Part shown: positions 1 to 11,483 of the stretch, piece after piece
How positions within the stretch are numbered: the first letter of the stretch is position 1
How the letters are laid out: each line of letters starts with the position of its first letter
Assembly: GCF_006345805.1 (NCBI RefSeq)
Contig: NC_042999.1
Coordinates: forward strand, 70,680,001-70,744,000
Length of the DNA: 64,000 bases
Direction of reading: 5' to 3'
From: Octopus sinensis
Lineage: Eukaryota
Notes under the pieces: model-generated
What the model was told of the DNA's origin: nothing
The model's database searches: none
What the model saw: the letters and a program-made list of their open reading frames with translations, nothing else
Made by a program: the position numbers and the translations under genes

Positions 1-748
1 CATACAGATAGAGAGAGTGAGAGAGATAAGAACGGCAATCTATTAACTGAACACAATTGACACAAGCACTTTTCCTCTCCTCATACAGATAAAGAGAAAT
101 ATACTCACATATAAACAGAGAGGGGGGTAGAGAACAAGAGAAACATGGAAACATCTAATGTCAAATAAGTCAGCATCAAATCAGTGAAGCCACAGAGACA
201 AAGTGAAAAGAGTTGTGCCAAAATGTCTCATACCCTCAGTTCCATTTCAGTGAAGACAATCAACCATTCTAAAACTCAGGCGACTTTATAGCTAATTTGC
301 ACTCAGTTTATTGAATTGCATTCTAAGTGAGGAATGGCAAAGTTATTAACAATAACAGAGTGAGAAGACACAGACATTGTGAAACACTGAAAAATAAGTT
401 AGGATAACATTAATGGTGGTTGTGGTGATTTTACTAATGAATGAACAGGAGTAGAGGAAATATCTGTAGTGTTAAGGGAGGAAGAGTTGATTGTGGTGGC
501 GGAACAGGAAAGTGTTAAATTGGTAATAGCGGGAGAAATAGTAGCAGGAGAGGAGATTGAGTTGGTGTTAATGTAGCGAATAGTAGTATTGTTAGAGGAG
601 CATGGTGGTGATAGTGGTAGGGAAGGTGAGCAAAATACTAACATAATAAAAAAAAAAGTGGGGGAAAGAGTAGAATTAAATACTACAAACCAGAATTATT
701 TATTCCAAAGGAAGTACTAAGTAATAAGAGGGAATATCCTGTACTTAC

Positions 749-866
749 CTCTACCGGAAGTAGACTCCAGTTCTGTCTTTGGCGTATGAGCTTTTCAACA
801 ATATCTCCATCACAGATACTGTTGGCTGCATGTGCTAACAGAGACAAATGTTTCGCTGTGTTTCCT
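749..866 (-). CDS. RFC1: RFC1 coding exon 19 of 19 found (gene continues left of the window)
   Basis: tag|A...GAG|gtaagt; encodes (R)GNTAKHLSLLAHAANSICDGDIVEKLIRQRQNWSLLPVE, matching the RFC1 C-terminal AADSICDGD...QNWSLLP motif; phase 2 to 0. Confidence 0.95.
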
Positions 867-2690
867 CTATAACAACAAAAATAAAAGAAATCTGTAGGCA
901 TTTTTATTTTGATGTATCAAGTGTCAATTATAGCCCACTTAAAAAGTTTCATATACATTTTATTGTTAATAAATATAAAAATAAATGTTATATGTCTAAA
1001 GGTTCAGTGGTATGATACTTAAAAAGGATATACACTGAGAGTTTAAAATACATGCCATCATTATATGCAATTCATTATTAATAAAAGAAATGATAATATT
1101 GATTATAAGTACAATTATTAAGTTAAGGTCAGTTGTCTTTAATGGGTTGGTTGAGGTTGATGTAATCAACTAACACCAACCTGCTAAAATTTCTGGTCTT
1201 CTGCCTAAAATTTGAAACCATTATAATCATTCTTCTTCTTTTTATTATAATTATTATTATTACACTCTCAGTTGAAATTCCACCAATGCCGATTTTGCCT
1301 TTCATCCTATTTGGGGTCAATGAAATAAGTACCAGTTGAGTACTGGGTCAATATAATCAACTATCCCCCTCTTCCAAATTTCAGGCCTTGTGCCTATAGT
1401 AGAAAGGATAATTAGAGTGTTGAACAATGTCTTGTTGCATTTGTTCCAGATTTTTATGTTCTAAGTTCAAATCCTACTGATGCCAACTTTGCCTTTCATC
1501 CTTACTGGGCCAATGGAATCAAGTATCTTTCAAATACTGGGATCAATTTAATAAAACTGGCTCTCAACAGCCAAACTTGTATTCTTGTACTTATGTTTGA
1601 AATTATTATTATTATTATTATTAAGTAGTAGTAGTTGTAGTAAATTGGAAGAAAATGGATGGTATCAAAAGGGTTGACGTAATTTTCCTGAGCTAAGTTA
1701 GTGTAATACAATATATGACAAGGCTCTACCTTTGAATGAAGGTACAACCCAACCAATGAGCTTTCAGTTTCCACCTACCCAATTTCACTCCCAAAGCATG
1801 CATCAACCCAAAGCCAAGTAAAGACCTTTGCTTAACCCATTGCCTACCATGAGCCCCATTTGGGGATCTGCTAAAAAGAGCCTCACTGCCAGTTGTTCAT
1901 TGTATTTAAAGTGAATTGCTTATGTACAGTGCACTTGCAGAGGTGTGTTTAATAAAATTTAGTAGTTAAAGTTTGTCATTATTAGCTCTGGTTAATTCTA
2001 GAGGACATTTTATGTTATAAATTGCAAGTTTTGAACTACAAAAATATTGACTGTTTTGAAAACGTTTTTTTTTCTTTTTGCATTTCCCATCTATATCATT
2101 CATTGATATTTCATACACATTCACATTTGATATTATAGTTTCAAAAAAAACTAAAATATTCATTATCACAATTGAATAGAAATGGGTGAATATGCTTTTT
2201 TTTCAGCGATCCCCATTTGAGACTTCTGGAAAAATTTATAATTTTCAAAATAATTCACATATGAAGATTTAAATGCTATATATTATTTTAACTCCTAAGA
2301 CACCTGGCAAAGCCAAAAAATATGAATAAAAAATTTGGCAGTTAATAGAATCAAACACAGATTCAAATTCTTAGCCATTCAGCCATGTTTGCATTCAGTT
2401 ATCAGATTAGTTTCATTATGCTTGAAGTTATGGTGATAACTAAATATGTTGTATTTTCTGAGCAAACTACTTTAACTAAGACTGCATACTAAATTAAAAT
2501 CCCAACCCCTGACTGCCTATGCTATGATTGGGTGGAAATGAAACAGTCAAGTAGATACAGTACTTGACTTCTAGCTCCGAAGTCTTCAGTTCAGATCAAC
2601 TGCAGGCATTGTGTAATGTATTCAAGTAGAATGTTCAATTCTATATGCTTCAGTTCACTTAGCTGTTTCAAACAGGTAACAGATCATCAA

Positions 2691-2910
2691 CCCTTTAGCA
2701 TTCAGATTATTCTGTCAAATGAAATGCATATTTATTCACATTGTTTTGAATTGTTCATGAATTATCCCATAGCTTTGAGATTTCGATCAGGTGGTTGTTT
2801 ATTTTAAAAATAGCATTGTAGGGTAGGTGTGAGAGGTCAGGACTTTCTGATCTGACGACAAATCAGGTAGAATATTTTGGCCAGATATGACCGGTTTAAA
2901 TGCTAAAGGG
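2691..2910. mobile_element. piggyBac-type MITE, 220 bp
   Basis: TIRs CCCTTTAGCATT...AATGCTAAAGGG; right flank TTAA, left flank TCAA; same internal sequence as the copies at 23362, 26123 and 57209. Confidence 0.75.
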
Positions 2911-2989
2911 TTAATGAATTTTATGTGATACTGCCAAGTGTCCTAGCCAAGGAATTCTGTCACATTGCATGCTAAAAATCATGAATCTA

Positions 2990-3300
2990 AAGCTAAATGT
3001 CATTCTGGCATTGTCAGTTACAACAAGGGTTCCAGTTGATCCAATCAATGGAACAGCCTGCTTGTGAAATTAATGTGCAAGTGGCAGAGCACTCCACAGA
3101 TATGCATAACCTCAATGCGGTTCTCAGGAAAGTTCAGTGAGATTCAGAATTTAAATTGCAGATACAATTCATTTTTGCCAGCTGAGTAGACTGGAGCAAC
3201 ACAAAAGAAAGTGTTTTGCTTGAGGACACAACATGCCACTGGGTATCGAACTCATGACCTTACGATCGTTTGCTGAATACCATAACCACTAAGCCACATA
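2990..3300 (-). mobile_element. Degenerate tRNA-derived SINE
   Basis: Minus strand reads GTGGCTTAGTGGTTATGGTATTCAGC...GAGTTCGATACCC (A/B-box-like); body resembles 36495-36700 (+) and 58540-58855 (-). Boundaries approximate. Confidence 0.55.
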
Positions 3301-3373
3301 CCATCACTAAATGCCATTCTGTTAAGTCACTCAAGCGTTCTCAATACATTTATACTACCTACTACTCTAATTG

Positions 3374-3691
3374 TGGAGGTGCAATGGCCCAGTGGTTAGG
3401 GCAGCGGACTCGCAGTCGGAGGATCACGGTTTCAATTCCCAGACCGGGCATTGTGTGTGTTTATTGAGCAAAAACACCTAAAAGCTCCATAAGGCTCCGG
3501 CAGGGGGTGGTGTCGACCCCTGTTGTACTCTTTCGCCACAACTTTCTCTTACTCTCTCTTCCTGTTTCTTGAGTAATGGTGCCATGGACTGGCATCTCGT
3601 CCAGCTGGGGGAACACATACGCCACAGAAACCTGGAAACCAGGCCCATGAGCCTGGCTAGGCTTGAAAAGGGCGACAAAAAAAAAAAAAAG
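3374..3691 (+). mobile_element. tRNA-derived SINE with poly(A) tail and 12-bp TSD
   Basis: A-box TGGCCCAGTGG, B-box-like GGTTTCAATTCC, A14 tail at 3677-3690, and direct repeat CTACTCTAATTG at 3362-3373 and 3692-3703. Confidence 0.85.
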
Positions 3692-3796
3692 CTACTCTAA
3701 TTGGATTTTGAGCTTGACTATCAAATTTTTTTCTATACAGGTCATTTATTGTCTTTATTAAAAAGGTAATAAATAAATTATTTCACATGGTCTTAC

Positions 3797-3945
3797 CTTC
3801 CTGCAAACGGCTCAACAGATGCATAGTTTTCTTGCACAAACAAAGGTGCTAGTTGATAATTATGGAAAAATAAATCTGACTTGTCTATAAAGGACATTTT
3901 CTTCTCACCACCAGCAAAGACTTGCCGACACACATCAAAAGGATT
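3797..3945 (-). CDS. RFC1: RFC1 coding exon 18 of 19
   Basis: tag|AAT...AG|gtaaga; NPFDVCRQVFAGGEKKMSFIDKSDLFFHNYQLAPLFVQENYASVEPFAG, matching the RFC1 PFD..R.VF / DLFF..Y..APLFVQENY motif; phase 0 to 2. Confidence 0.95.
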
Positions 3946-4068
3946 CTAGAAAAAAGATAATTTTCAGAAACATAAAATATTCAGAGAATAAGCCATCAAG
4001 GGTGCCTCTACATGGTTGCTCAACCTGCTTGAAACAGCAGCCACATCTCCCTCCAATTCCATGCAACA

Positions 4069-4743
4069 TCTTCAAAAGGAAATCAACATTGAATAATGTA
4101 GACCTACCAACATTATGTTTGGGAAAATAAAATAGGATGTTCACAAATGAAACATTTATGCTTATAGGCTAACTTGACCAGGAATGACCAAGGTTAAAAA
4201 CAACTCACTGAAGTAAAATACTGTTGCTATCCTTCACAGATATTTGATTCTTTGGGGAGGTTCGGGGAGGAGGACAGGAAGATGACTTTTTACTGATTTA
4301 GATCAAAATATATACTTTTTTTAACTAAGAACATACAACTGTTCTCTGAAACAGGCACTGATGAATTTAGTATTACCTAACATGAACAGATTAAATATAT
4401 CAAATATTATTTAACAATAGTTCAATACAATATAAATGTTGGTGGTGGCTGAGGTGGTAGAGCATAAATTCCCAATGGCCCAGTTCATTTACTATGAAGA
4501 AATATAAAATTCTATATTGTACACAGCTACAGTCACTCTTTAATACATAAATATTTCATTACCATGCAAAGCTAAGTTCAAATTCAACCAGCTATTAAGA
4601 GAAGGCTGTTTAAAATCACTATAAGAGTATATTCTTCAAAAGGAAATCAACATTGGACAATGTAGACCTACCAACATTATGTTTGGGAAAATAAAATAGG
4701 ATATTCATAAATGAAACATTTATGCTTATAGGCTTACTTAACC
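4069..4743 (+). repeat. Local 111-bp direct duplication (4069-4179 and 4633-4743)
   Basis: Near-identical TCTTCAAAAGGAAATCAACATTG...TTATGCTTATAGGCT at an offset of 564 bp. Confidence 0.8.
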
Positions 4744-5227
4744 TCATATCACTTGCCGGTGGCACATAATAGGCACCAACCGATCGTGGCTGCTGCCAGC
4801 CTCCCCTGGCACGTAAAAAGCACCCACTACACTCACGGAGTGGTTGGTGTTAGGAAGGGCATCCAGTTATTGAAACACTGCCAGATCAGACTGGAGCCTG
4901 GTGCAGCCTCCTGGCTTCCCAGACCCCGGTTGAATCGTCCAACCCATGCTAGCATGAAAAACGGACGTTAAATAATAATGATGATGAAACACAAATCATA
5001 ATCATCATCATTTAATGTCCATGCTCCATACTGGCATGGGTTGGATGGTTTGACAAGATCCAATGGATCTAAGGACTGTATTGTGCTCCAATGTCTATTT
5101 TGGCATGGTTTCTAGAGCTGGATGCCCTTCATAATGCCAACCACTTTACAGCATGTACTGGGGACTTTTCCATGCCACCAGCACTTTTGAGGTTGCCATG
5201 CAGCTCACAGGAGTATGAACCCTGGGT

Positions 5228-5259
<32 letters not shown>

Positions 5260-5541
5260 CATGTTTGGTGGGGTCAGTTTCGTGTTAGGTGGCAAAGAGG
5301 TGGAACTATGAGGTGGAGGAGGGAGGGAGCAGGTTCTTGTAGAGGATCTGTATGGACACATTTGGTAGGGGAAGGGGAGAGAGGAAAAGAGAAAATGATC
5401 AGTAGGAGGTTTAAGAGATAGATAATAGCATGAGGTGTCCAGGTAGCCCCTCAAGGCACAAGGCGAGTAGAAGTGGGTGGGTAACTGGGTGATTTGCAAG
5501 TGTATGGGAAGGATAGGAAGACTGCCAAAACTCATACTTAC

Positions 5542-5640
5542 AAGTTTTATATCCTTCTTAGCCATTTCTGCATTGCTTTTGGCATCTTCATATGATATAT
5601 TCTTATTAGATGAACTCCACATGAACAAATTATGGATGAC
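5542..5640 (-). CDS. RFC1: RFC1 coding exon 17 of 19
   Basis: cag|GTC...CTT|gtaagt; VIHNLFMWSSSNKNISYEDAKSNAEMAKKDIKL; phase 0 to 0. Confidence 0.93.
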
Positions 5641-5760
5641 CTGTTCAAAATAAATTCAATGGTAGAAGTAATCAGAACAAAATAAAAAATAAATATAAGG
5701 GGGAAATGAATCAAAAGAAAGAAAAACAGTTTTAAAACACATATAAAGCTTTTAACTTAC

Positions 5761-5856
5761 CTGTCGAATATCATGATTAGAAGCTGAAATTATCTCATTT
5801 AATGCACCTGGGTTAATCTGAAGGCCTTCTTTGTATGCAATAGTCATCATGGCAGC
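5761..5856 (-). CDS. RFC1: RFC1 coding exon 16 of 19
   Basis: tag|GCT...CAG|gtaagt; AAMMTIAYKEGLQINPGALNEIISASNHDIRQ (AAA+ lid, DIRQ motif); phase 0 to 0. Confidence 0.95.
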
Positions 5857-6154
5857 CTATTAGATTGAAAAAAATTATTATTATTATTATTATTATTACA
5901 CACACACACACCTTAAACCTTTTAGCATCCATATTAGTTAATGGGTGTAGTTTTCAACTAATAATAACCGTGTTTCAAATAACCCTTATTACCTACAGTA
6001 CTACTTAATGGGTGTTAGATATGTCAATCTATTTATTTAAAAAGGATGTAATGATTAACAGCAATATTAAATAGGAAATAGGATTTTCTACTGATTTTGG
6101 AAAGTGTTCTACTACTAAATAATTTATCCACATATATATTATATATATATATAT

Positions 6155-6639
6155 ATCAAAATAGACGAACATCAATGGAATTTGTATCCTTGTGGTACCA
6201 GTGCCGGTGGCACATAAGAAAACCATCCGAACGTGACCGTAGCCAGTACCGCATCGACTGGCCTCCGTGCTGAGGGCACGTAACAAACACCATCCGAGCG
6301 TGGCCGTTTGCCAGCCTCGTCCGGCACCTGTGTCGGTAGCACATAAGAAAACACCATCCGAGCGTGGCCGTCTGCCAGCCTCGTCTGACACCTGTGTCGG
6401 TGGCACATAAAAAACACCATCCAAGCGTGGCCGTCTGCCAGCCTCGTCTGGCACCTGTGTCGGTGGCACATAAAATCACCCACTACACTCTCGGAGTGGT
6501 TGGCGTTAGGAAGGGCATCCAGCTGTAGAAACACTGCCAGATCTGACTGGCCTGGTGCAGCCTTCGGGCTTGCCAGACCCCAGTTGAACCGTCCAACCCA
6601 TGCTAGCATGGAAAGCGGACGTTAAACGATGATGATGAT

Positions 6640-6642
<3 letters not shown>
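6155..6642 (+). mobile_element. RTE LINE 3' UTR fragment, young subfamily, (GAT)n tail
   Basis: Near-identical by eye to the reverse complement of about 50856-51345, the 3' UTR of the RT-encoding copy. It holds four ~62-67 bp tandem units and ends CCCATGCTAGCATGGAAAGCGGACGTTAAAC(GAT)n. (TA)n lies on both sides. Confidence 0.9.
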
Positions 6643-6679
<37 letters not shown>

Positions 6680-6787
6680 AATACAAATGGTGTGAAAATG
6701 TGAATGCTGATGAGTATCAATACATTTTGGATGAATGCAATAAAGTAGAGCAAGAAGTTCTCATCAACTCATGAGCCAACTCTATGC

Positions 6788-7906
6788 CAGGGGTTCTCAA
6801 CCATTTTTTATCTATGGGGTCTGCCTCTTCCACAGGTTCCCTCAACCGCTACGGTATGGCACTTTTTCACAACTATCTTCATCCATTCTGGTATGGTCAT
6901 GTGGCGAGAATGGATGAAGATAGTTGTGTGAAAAAGTGCAATACCCTAGCGGTTGAGGGAACCTGTGGAAGAGGCAGACCCAGGAAAACCTGAGACGAAG
7001 TGGTGAAGCACGACCTTCGAACTTTAGGTCTCACTGAGGAAATGACTAGAGACCGAGACCTTTGGAAGTGTGCTGTGCGTGAGACCATAACCCAGGATGT
7101 GCCAGTCCACTTATGCATACCTTTCCTTATGGGGACACAAAACTCTACTTGTGAAGACCTGTTGAGGCAAGTGAGAATTGAAATCAATCAACATCAATGG
7201 AAATTGCAGCTGTGATACCAGTGCCGGTGGCACTTAAGAGAACATCCGAATGTGGCCATTGCCAGCGTCGCCCCGACTGGCCTCGTGCCTGTGGCACGTA
7301 AAAAGCACCATCCATTCGTGACCGTTGCCAGCCTCGCCTGGCCCCTGTGCTGGTGGCATGTAAAAGCACCATCCGATCGTGGCCGTTTGCCAGCCTCATC
7401 TGGCACCTGTGCCGGTGGCACGTAAAAAGCACCCACTACACTCACAGAGTGGTTGGTGTTAGGAAGGGCATCCAGCCGTAGAAACATTGCCAGATCAGAC
7501 TGGGCCTGGTGTAGCCTTCTGGCTTCCCAGACCCCAGTTGAACCGTCCAACCCATGCTAGCATGGAAAGCGGACGCTGAACGACGATGATGATGATGATA
7601 ATCCCTTTGATTATTATTTTATTCTGGAGGACCTCCATAGCCATTCAATGTTTAAAAACTAGTTTTTCAAAATTCCTGCTTTGATTTTTCGCAATTAACT
7701 TATGTAAGTTGAACTATGTAAAATGTTAGAGAAAGAAACTTGGCTGTTTCTTGCAACATTTACCAATTCATATATCTAAAGCAAAATTTTCTCAGGGGCA
7801 CTTCAAATTCTATTGTGGATCTCTAATTTACTATTTTCTAACATGGACCCCCAAAAATCTTATATGAACCTTCAGGGGCCATATGGACCTGAGTTCAGAA
7901 CCACTG
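6788..7906. mobile_element. hAT-type MITE interrupted by an RTE insertion
   Basis: Left end CAGGGTTCTCAACC, right end GTTCAGAACCACTG; degraded 8-bp flanks CTCTATGC / CACTACAC; the RTE occupies about 6817-7598. Confidence 0.55.
6889..7598 (+). mobile_element. 5'-truncated RTE LINE (ORF C-terminus plus 3' UTR)
   Basis: WYGHVARMDEDSCVKKCNTLAVEGTCGRGRPRKT...HDLRTLGLTEEMTRDRDLW matches the C-terminus of the 51.5 kb RTE; (GAT)n tail. Confidence 0.9.
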
Positions 7907-8199
7907 CACTACACAATTGCTCAATCAGCTAAAAACGGCATTTTCCATGCTTGCTGTATTTAAATAGATGGTTTCCAAGTAATCAATTTATTTTTTCAGT
8001 TGAACATTTTTCCTATTATAAACTATTCCATCTTAAAATAAGAGTGGAACCTAGCTATTGTCAGTCAAATAGAAATGAGTAGAGCCAGGCATTTTACTTA
8101 GAAACATGAATGCAATGGCTGTCATAAGAATCAACTAAAACCGTGTAGTCAGTAATGTAAAAACTTAACTTCACAGTCATTTGTGTCTCTTACTTTGTC

Positions 8200-8765
8200 A
8201 TCATCATCATCATCCAGTAGATCCAGCCACCCCCAAACTCAAGCACTCTCCTCAGAAAATGCTCAATACATGCCCATACCCCCGCACTCCATTCAGCCTT
8301 GCAAACCGTTCCACTGATTCCTCCAACCCCAGCATCCCCATCAAATCCTCAGTCCTCCTCTTATCAAACAACTTCACTCCACACATTTCTCTCGCCATGT
8401 TCTCACCATCACCTTTATGGTACATATATATAACATCATCATCATCATCATTTAGCATCTATTTTCCATGCTGTCATGGGTTTGACGGGTCGACTGGAAC
8501 TGGTAAGCCAGAGACCTGCACTAGGCTCCAGTCTGATTTGGTTTGATTTCTACAGCTGGATGACCTTCCTCACACCAGCCACTCCAAGATCATAGTGAGT
8601 GGCTCTTACATATCACTGGCACCAGTGCTGGCCACAATTACGATTTCATTTGGCTTGATGTATCTTCTCAAGCACAGTGAATCACCAAAGGTCTTGATCA
8701 CATGTCATTGCCTCTGTGAGACCCAACATCTGAAGATCATGCTTCACCACCTTGTCCCTGGGTCA
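8200..8765 (-). mobile_element. Two adjacent decayed RTE fragments
   Basis: About 8200-8420 encodes REMCGVKLFDKRRTEDLMGMLGLEESVERFARLNGVRGYGHVL (RTE C-terminus, different subfamily). About 8434-8765 is an RTE 3' UTR with a (GAT)n tail. Boundaries approximate. Confidence 0.6.
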
Positions 8766-8805
8766 ATGAAAGTCATTTAAATAAAAAGTAAAAAATTAAT
8801 CTTAC

Positions 8806-8943
8806 CTTTATTTGTGCCATATGTGGACGCTGGAATCTCAAATCAAAACAGTGATTTGCAAGGGAACGGATTTTCTGGTGTTGTCTATCATTACATATAC
8901 ATATAATTGGTATTTTGGTAGTTTTCACCAATTGGATCAATTC
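8806..8943 (-). CDS. RFC1: RFC1 coding exon 15 of 19
   Basis: cag|GAA...AAG|gtaaga; ELIQLVKTTKIPIICICNDRQHQKIRSLANHCFDLRFQRPHMAQIK (sensor-1 region); phase 0 to 0. Confidence 0.97.
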
Positions 8944-10718
8944 CTGGGGGAAAAAAGTAATCCATATAATTATTGATCTCTCATGAACATCATCATCATC
9001 AGTTTAACATCCACTGTTCCATGAACAAAGTAATATTTTCCCTAGTTTTTTTTTAACAATGAACAGCTAAATTGTCAGCAAGAAACTCTCAACATGATCA
9101 ATCATTCTGCTATAAACAGTAACCACCTTAAACTGCTATAAACTACTTAAACTGCTTTAAACAGTAACCAACTTACCACCTTAAAGAAAATATCATTGAA
9201 TAATATAATCTTTGATAAACTATTTCAAAGAAAGATGTAGTAATAAGTAGAAAACCTTCAGTCTTAAATCTGACCAATAAGGTACATCCTAGGGTTAAAC
9301 AACATCACTGTTTTGTGCAAATGAATGTACCTCTACATAATTGCGCAAACTACTAGAAATAACAACCAAATATTCCTCAAATCACACTATCACCTAAGAG
9401 AAAAAGAAACAGGACATTGGATAATTTAGTCTTAGATACACCATGTCTAATAAAAAGATGGAATTGAGGTTTATTTGGTCTGAGCACACCTGAAGTTAAT
9501 GAAGAACATCATAAGCCAATGAAAGAAACTATACAAGGACTTGATTTGCTAGTAATAGTAGCTAAATCTTCAATTCACAGTTTTGAAAAGAAAGATACAT
9601 TGGATAATGTAGTCCTAGATACATTAACCCTGAAAACAATATGGAGTGGAACACCTGATCATAGATTGGCCAGATTATGATCAACTGGTACTAAGCAACA
9701 TCAACATCATCAATGGCTTCTTTTAGTTCCATTATTATAGTCATCATGTCTGGGAACATGCTAGAACGTTACCTCAACATCAACTAAATCTACTGAATAT
9801 TTGTAAATTGATGCTTCAAAATCTCCAGAAATATGTTGTCTACAAGCAGTATTAATGGTGAAACTGATTTCATTTTTTAAAGTTATTCATTTCTTCATGA
9901 CAGCTTAAATCTCATGGCAAAATCTGTTTAAAAGTTGCAGGCACAATCCAAACTTAGAAAAATGATGTGAAGTATTTAAGATCTCCACAGGTAAATTAAA
10001 TTATAATTTAGTATAAACACATAACTTTTAGCAGGAGGAAGATCTTGCACAGTTAAGATTACTCTGGTATTTATGTTTGACCTTGAAGACAAATACAGAG
10101 TAAAAGAGGCTCTTAGACACCTTGGCATAATAAGACGCATCCATTCCATGTTGCACATAACAGCGAATGTGATTTTCTCTGCTGCTGTGTATATCAGATG
10201 ACAACAGACTGCAACAAATGATCAAACACTATCAAACAAACCATGCTAGTATGTAAAAGAGAAATATGACAATGAAGATGAAAATTTTAGTCTGCAGTCT
10301 CCCAATTCTTCTATCCATCCTTTCTTTATTTAACAAAAACAAAAGAAAATATTTCAAGCCAACAGCAGTGGTGGTGCTGGTGTGATGGTTGTAAGTCCTA
10401 TAACAACACTGAAGTTTTTGCAGAATAGGTGAGTTTAAGATAGTTCAACCCTATTCAACTTTTACCCACTGTTAGTAAGTTATGAGTATGGCCATTCGAT
10501 TTGCTTGAAATAACAGCCAAATCACCCTCAAATCCCACCCTGCCATCTAAGAAATAGAAAGATGCATTAAACAGTATGGTTTTAGATAGATGAAAGAAAA
10601 ACAATGTAATCATAAATGGAATATCTTTGACCATAGGCCTGCTTGATTAAAGTTGACTTGGAGTGAAAAAAACAACAGTGATGTTCATATTCGAAAATAA
10701 TTAAAGAATGGTAGTTAC

Positions 10719-10813
10719 CGCAACACCTCCACGATCTTCATTACCAGCCATTCCATCAACTTCATCCATTATCACACAATGTTTAAAGCCATTTGAGGAT
10801 GATCTCTCAGTTC
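10719..10813 (-). CDS. RFC1: RFC1 coding exon 14 of 19 (Walker B)
   Basis: cag|GA...GCG|gtaact; (G)TERSSSNGFKHCVIMDEVDGMAGNEDRGGVA; phase 1 to 0. Confidence 0.97.
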
Positions 10814-10981
10814 CTGTTAATGATAATAATAAAAGTAATGATAATCATTACTAACATAAACAGAAAACCACATTAATGATGATTATTCCCAGGCTGTGTG
10901 ATGAAGAGGTTTGTTTCCCAACCACACAGTTTCAGATTCAGCCCCACTGCATAACATATAGACAGTCATACACGCACACAT

Positions 10982-11018
<37 letters not shown>

Positions 11019-11020
<2 letters not shown>

Positions 11021-11391
11021 TCATCATTTAACGTCCGCTTTCCATGCTAGCATGGGTTGGACGATTTGACTGAGGACTGGCAAACCAGATGGCTGCGCCA
11101 GGCTCCAATCTGATCTGGCAGAGTTTCTACAGCTGGATGCCCTTCCTAACACCAACCACTCCGAGAGTGTAGTGGGTGCTTTTACGTGCCAGTCTGGCAA
11201 TACTGGCAACGGCCACATTTGAAATGGTGTTTTTTACGTGCCACCAGCACAGGAGTCAGTCCAGCGGTACTGGTAACCTCGCTCGAATGTTTTGTTCACG
11301 TGCCAATAAGGCAACACTGGTAATGACCACGCTCAAATGGTGCTTTTTACATGCCACCGGCACGGAAGCCAGACAGCTGTTTTGGCAGTGA
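11019..11391 (-). mobile_element. RTE 3' UTR fragment flanked by (TA)n
   Basis: Same 3' end and (GAT)n tail as the other RTE copies; (TA)n at about 10988-11018 and 11419-11481. Confidence 0.8.
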
Positions 11392-11415
11392 TCCTGCTCA
11401 GCTGGAGCTGTTAGC

Positions 11416-11418
<3 letters not shown>

Positions 11419-11481
<63 letters not shown>
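11419..11481. repeat. (TA)n microsatellite
   Basis: Perfect run of about 31 TA units. Other TA/CA/TG runs occur near 5231, 6641, 14948-15050, 50725-50857, 54666 and 62673. Confidence 0.95.

Positions 11482-11483
<2 letters not shown>

Noticed and set aside
399-644. Ser/Thr-rich 81-aa ORF and the many other 60-130 aa ORFs in introns
   Set aside because: They derive from low-complexity sequence, microsatellites or decayed repeats, with no domain, codon or splice support.
3374-3450. tRNA gene (also the heads at 36495 and 46994)
   Set aside because: A/B boxes are present, but the sequence continues into SINE bodies and I could not form a complete cloverleaf.
6221-6480. Repeat arrays (also at 12.7, 30.6 and 51.0 kb) as CRISPR arrays
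   Set aside because: The units are whole tandem repeats without unique spacers, they lie inside RTE 3' UTRs, there are no cas genes, and the context is eukaryotic.
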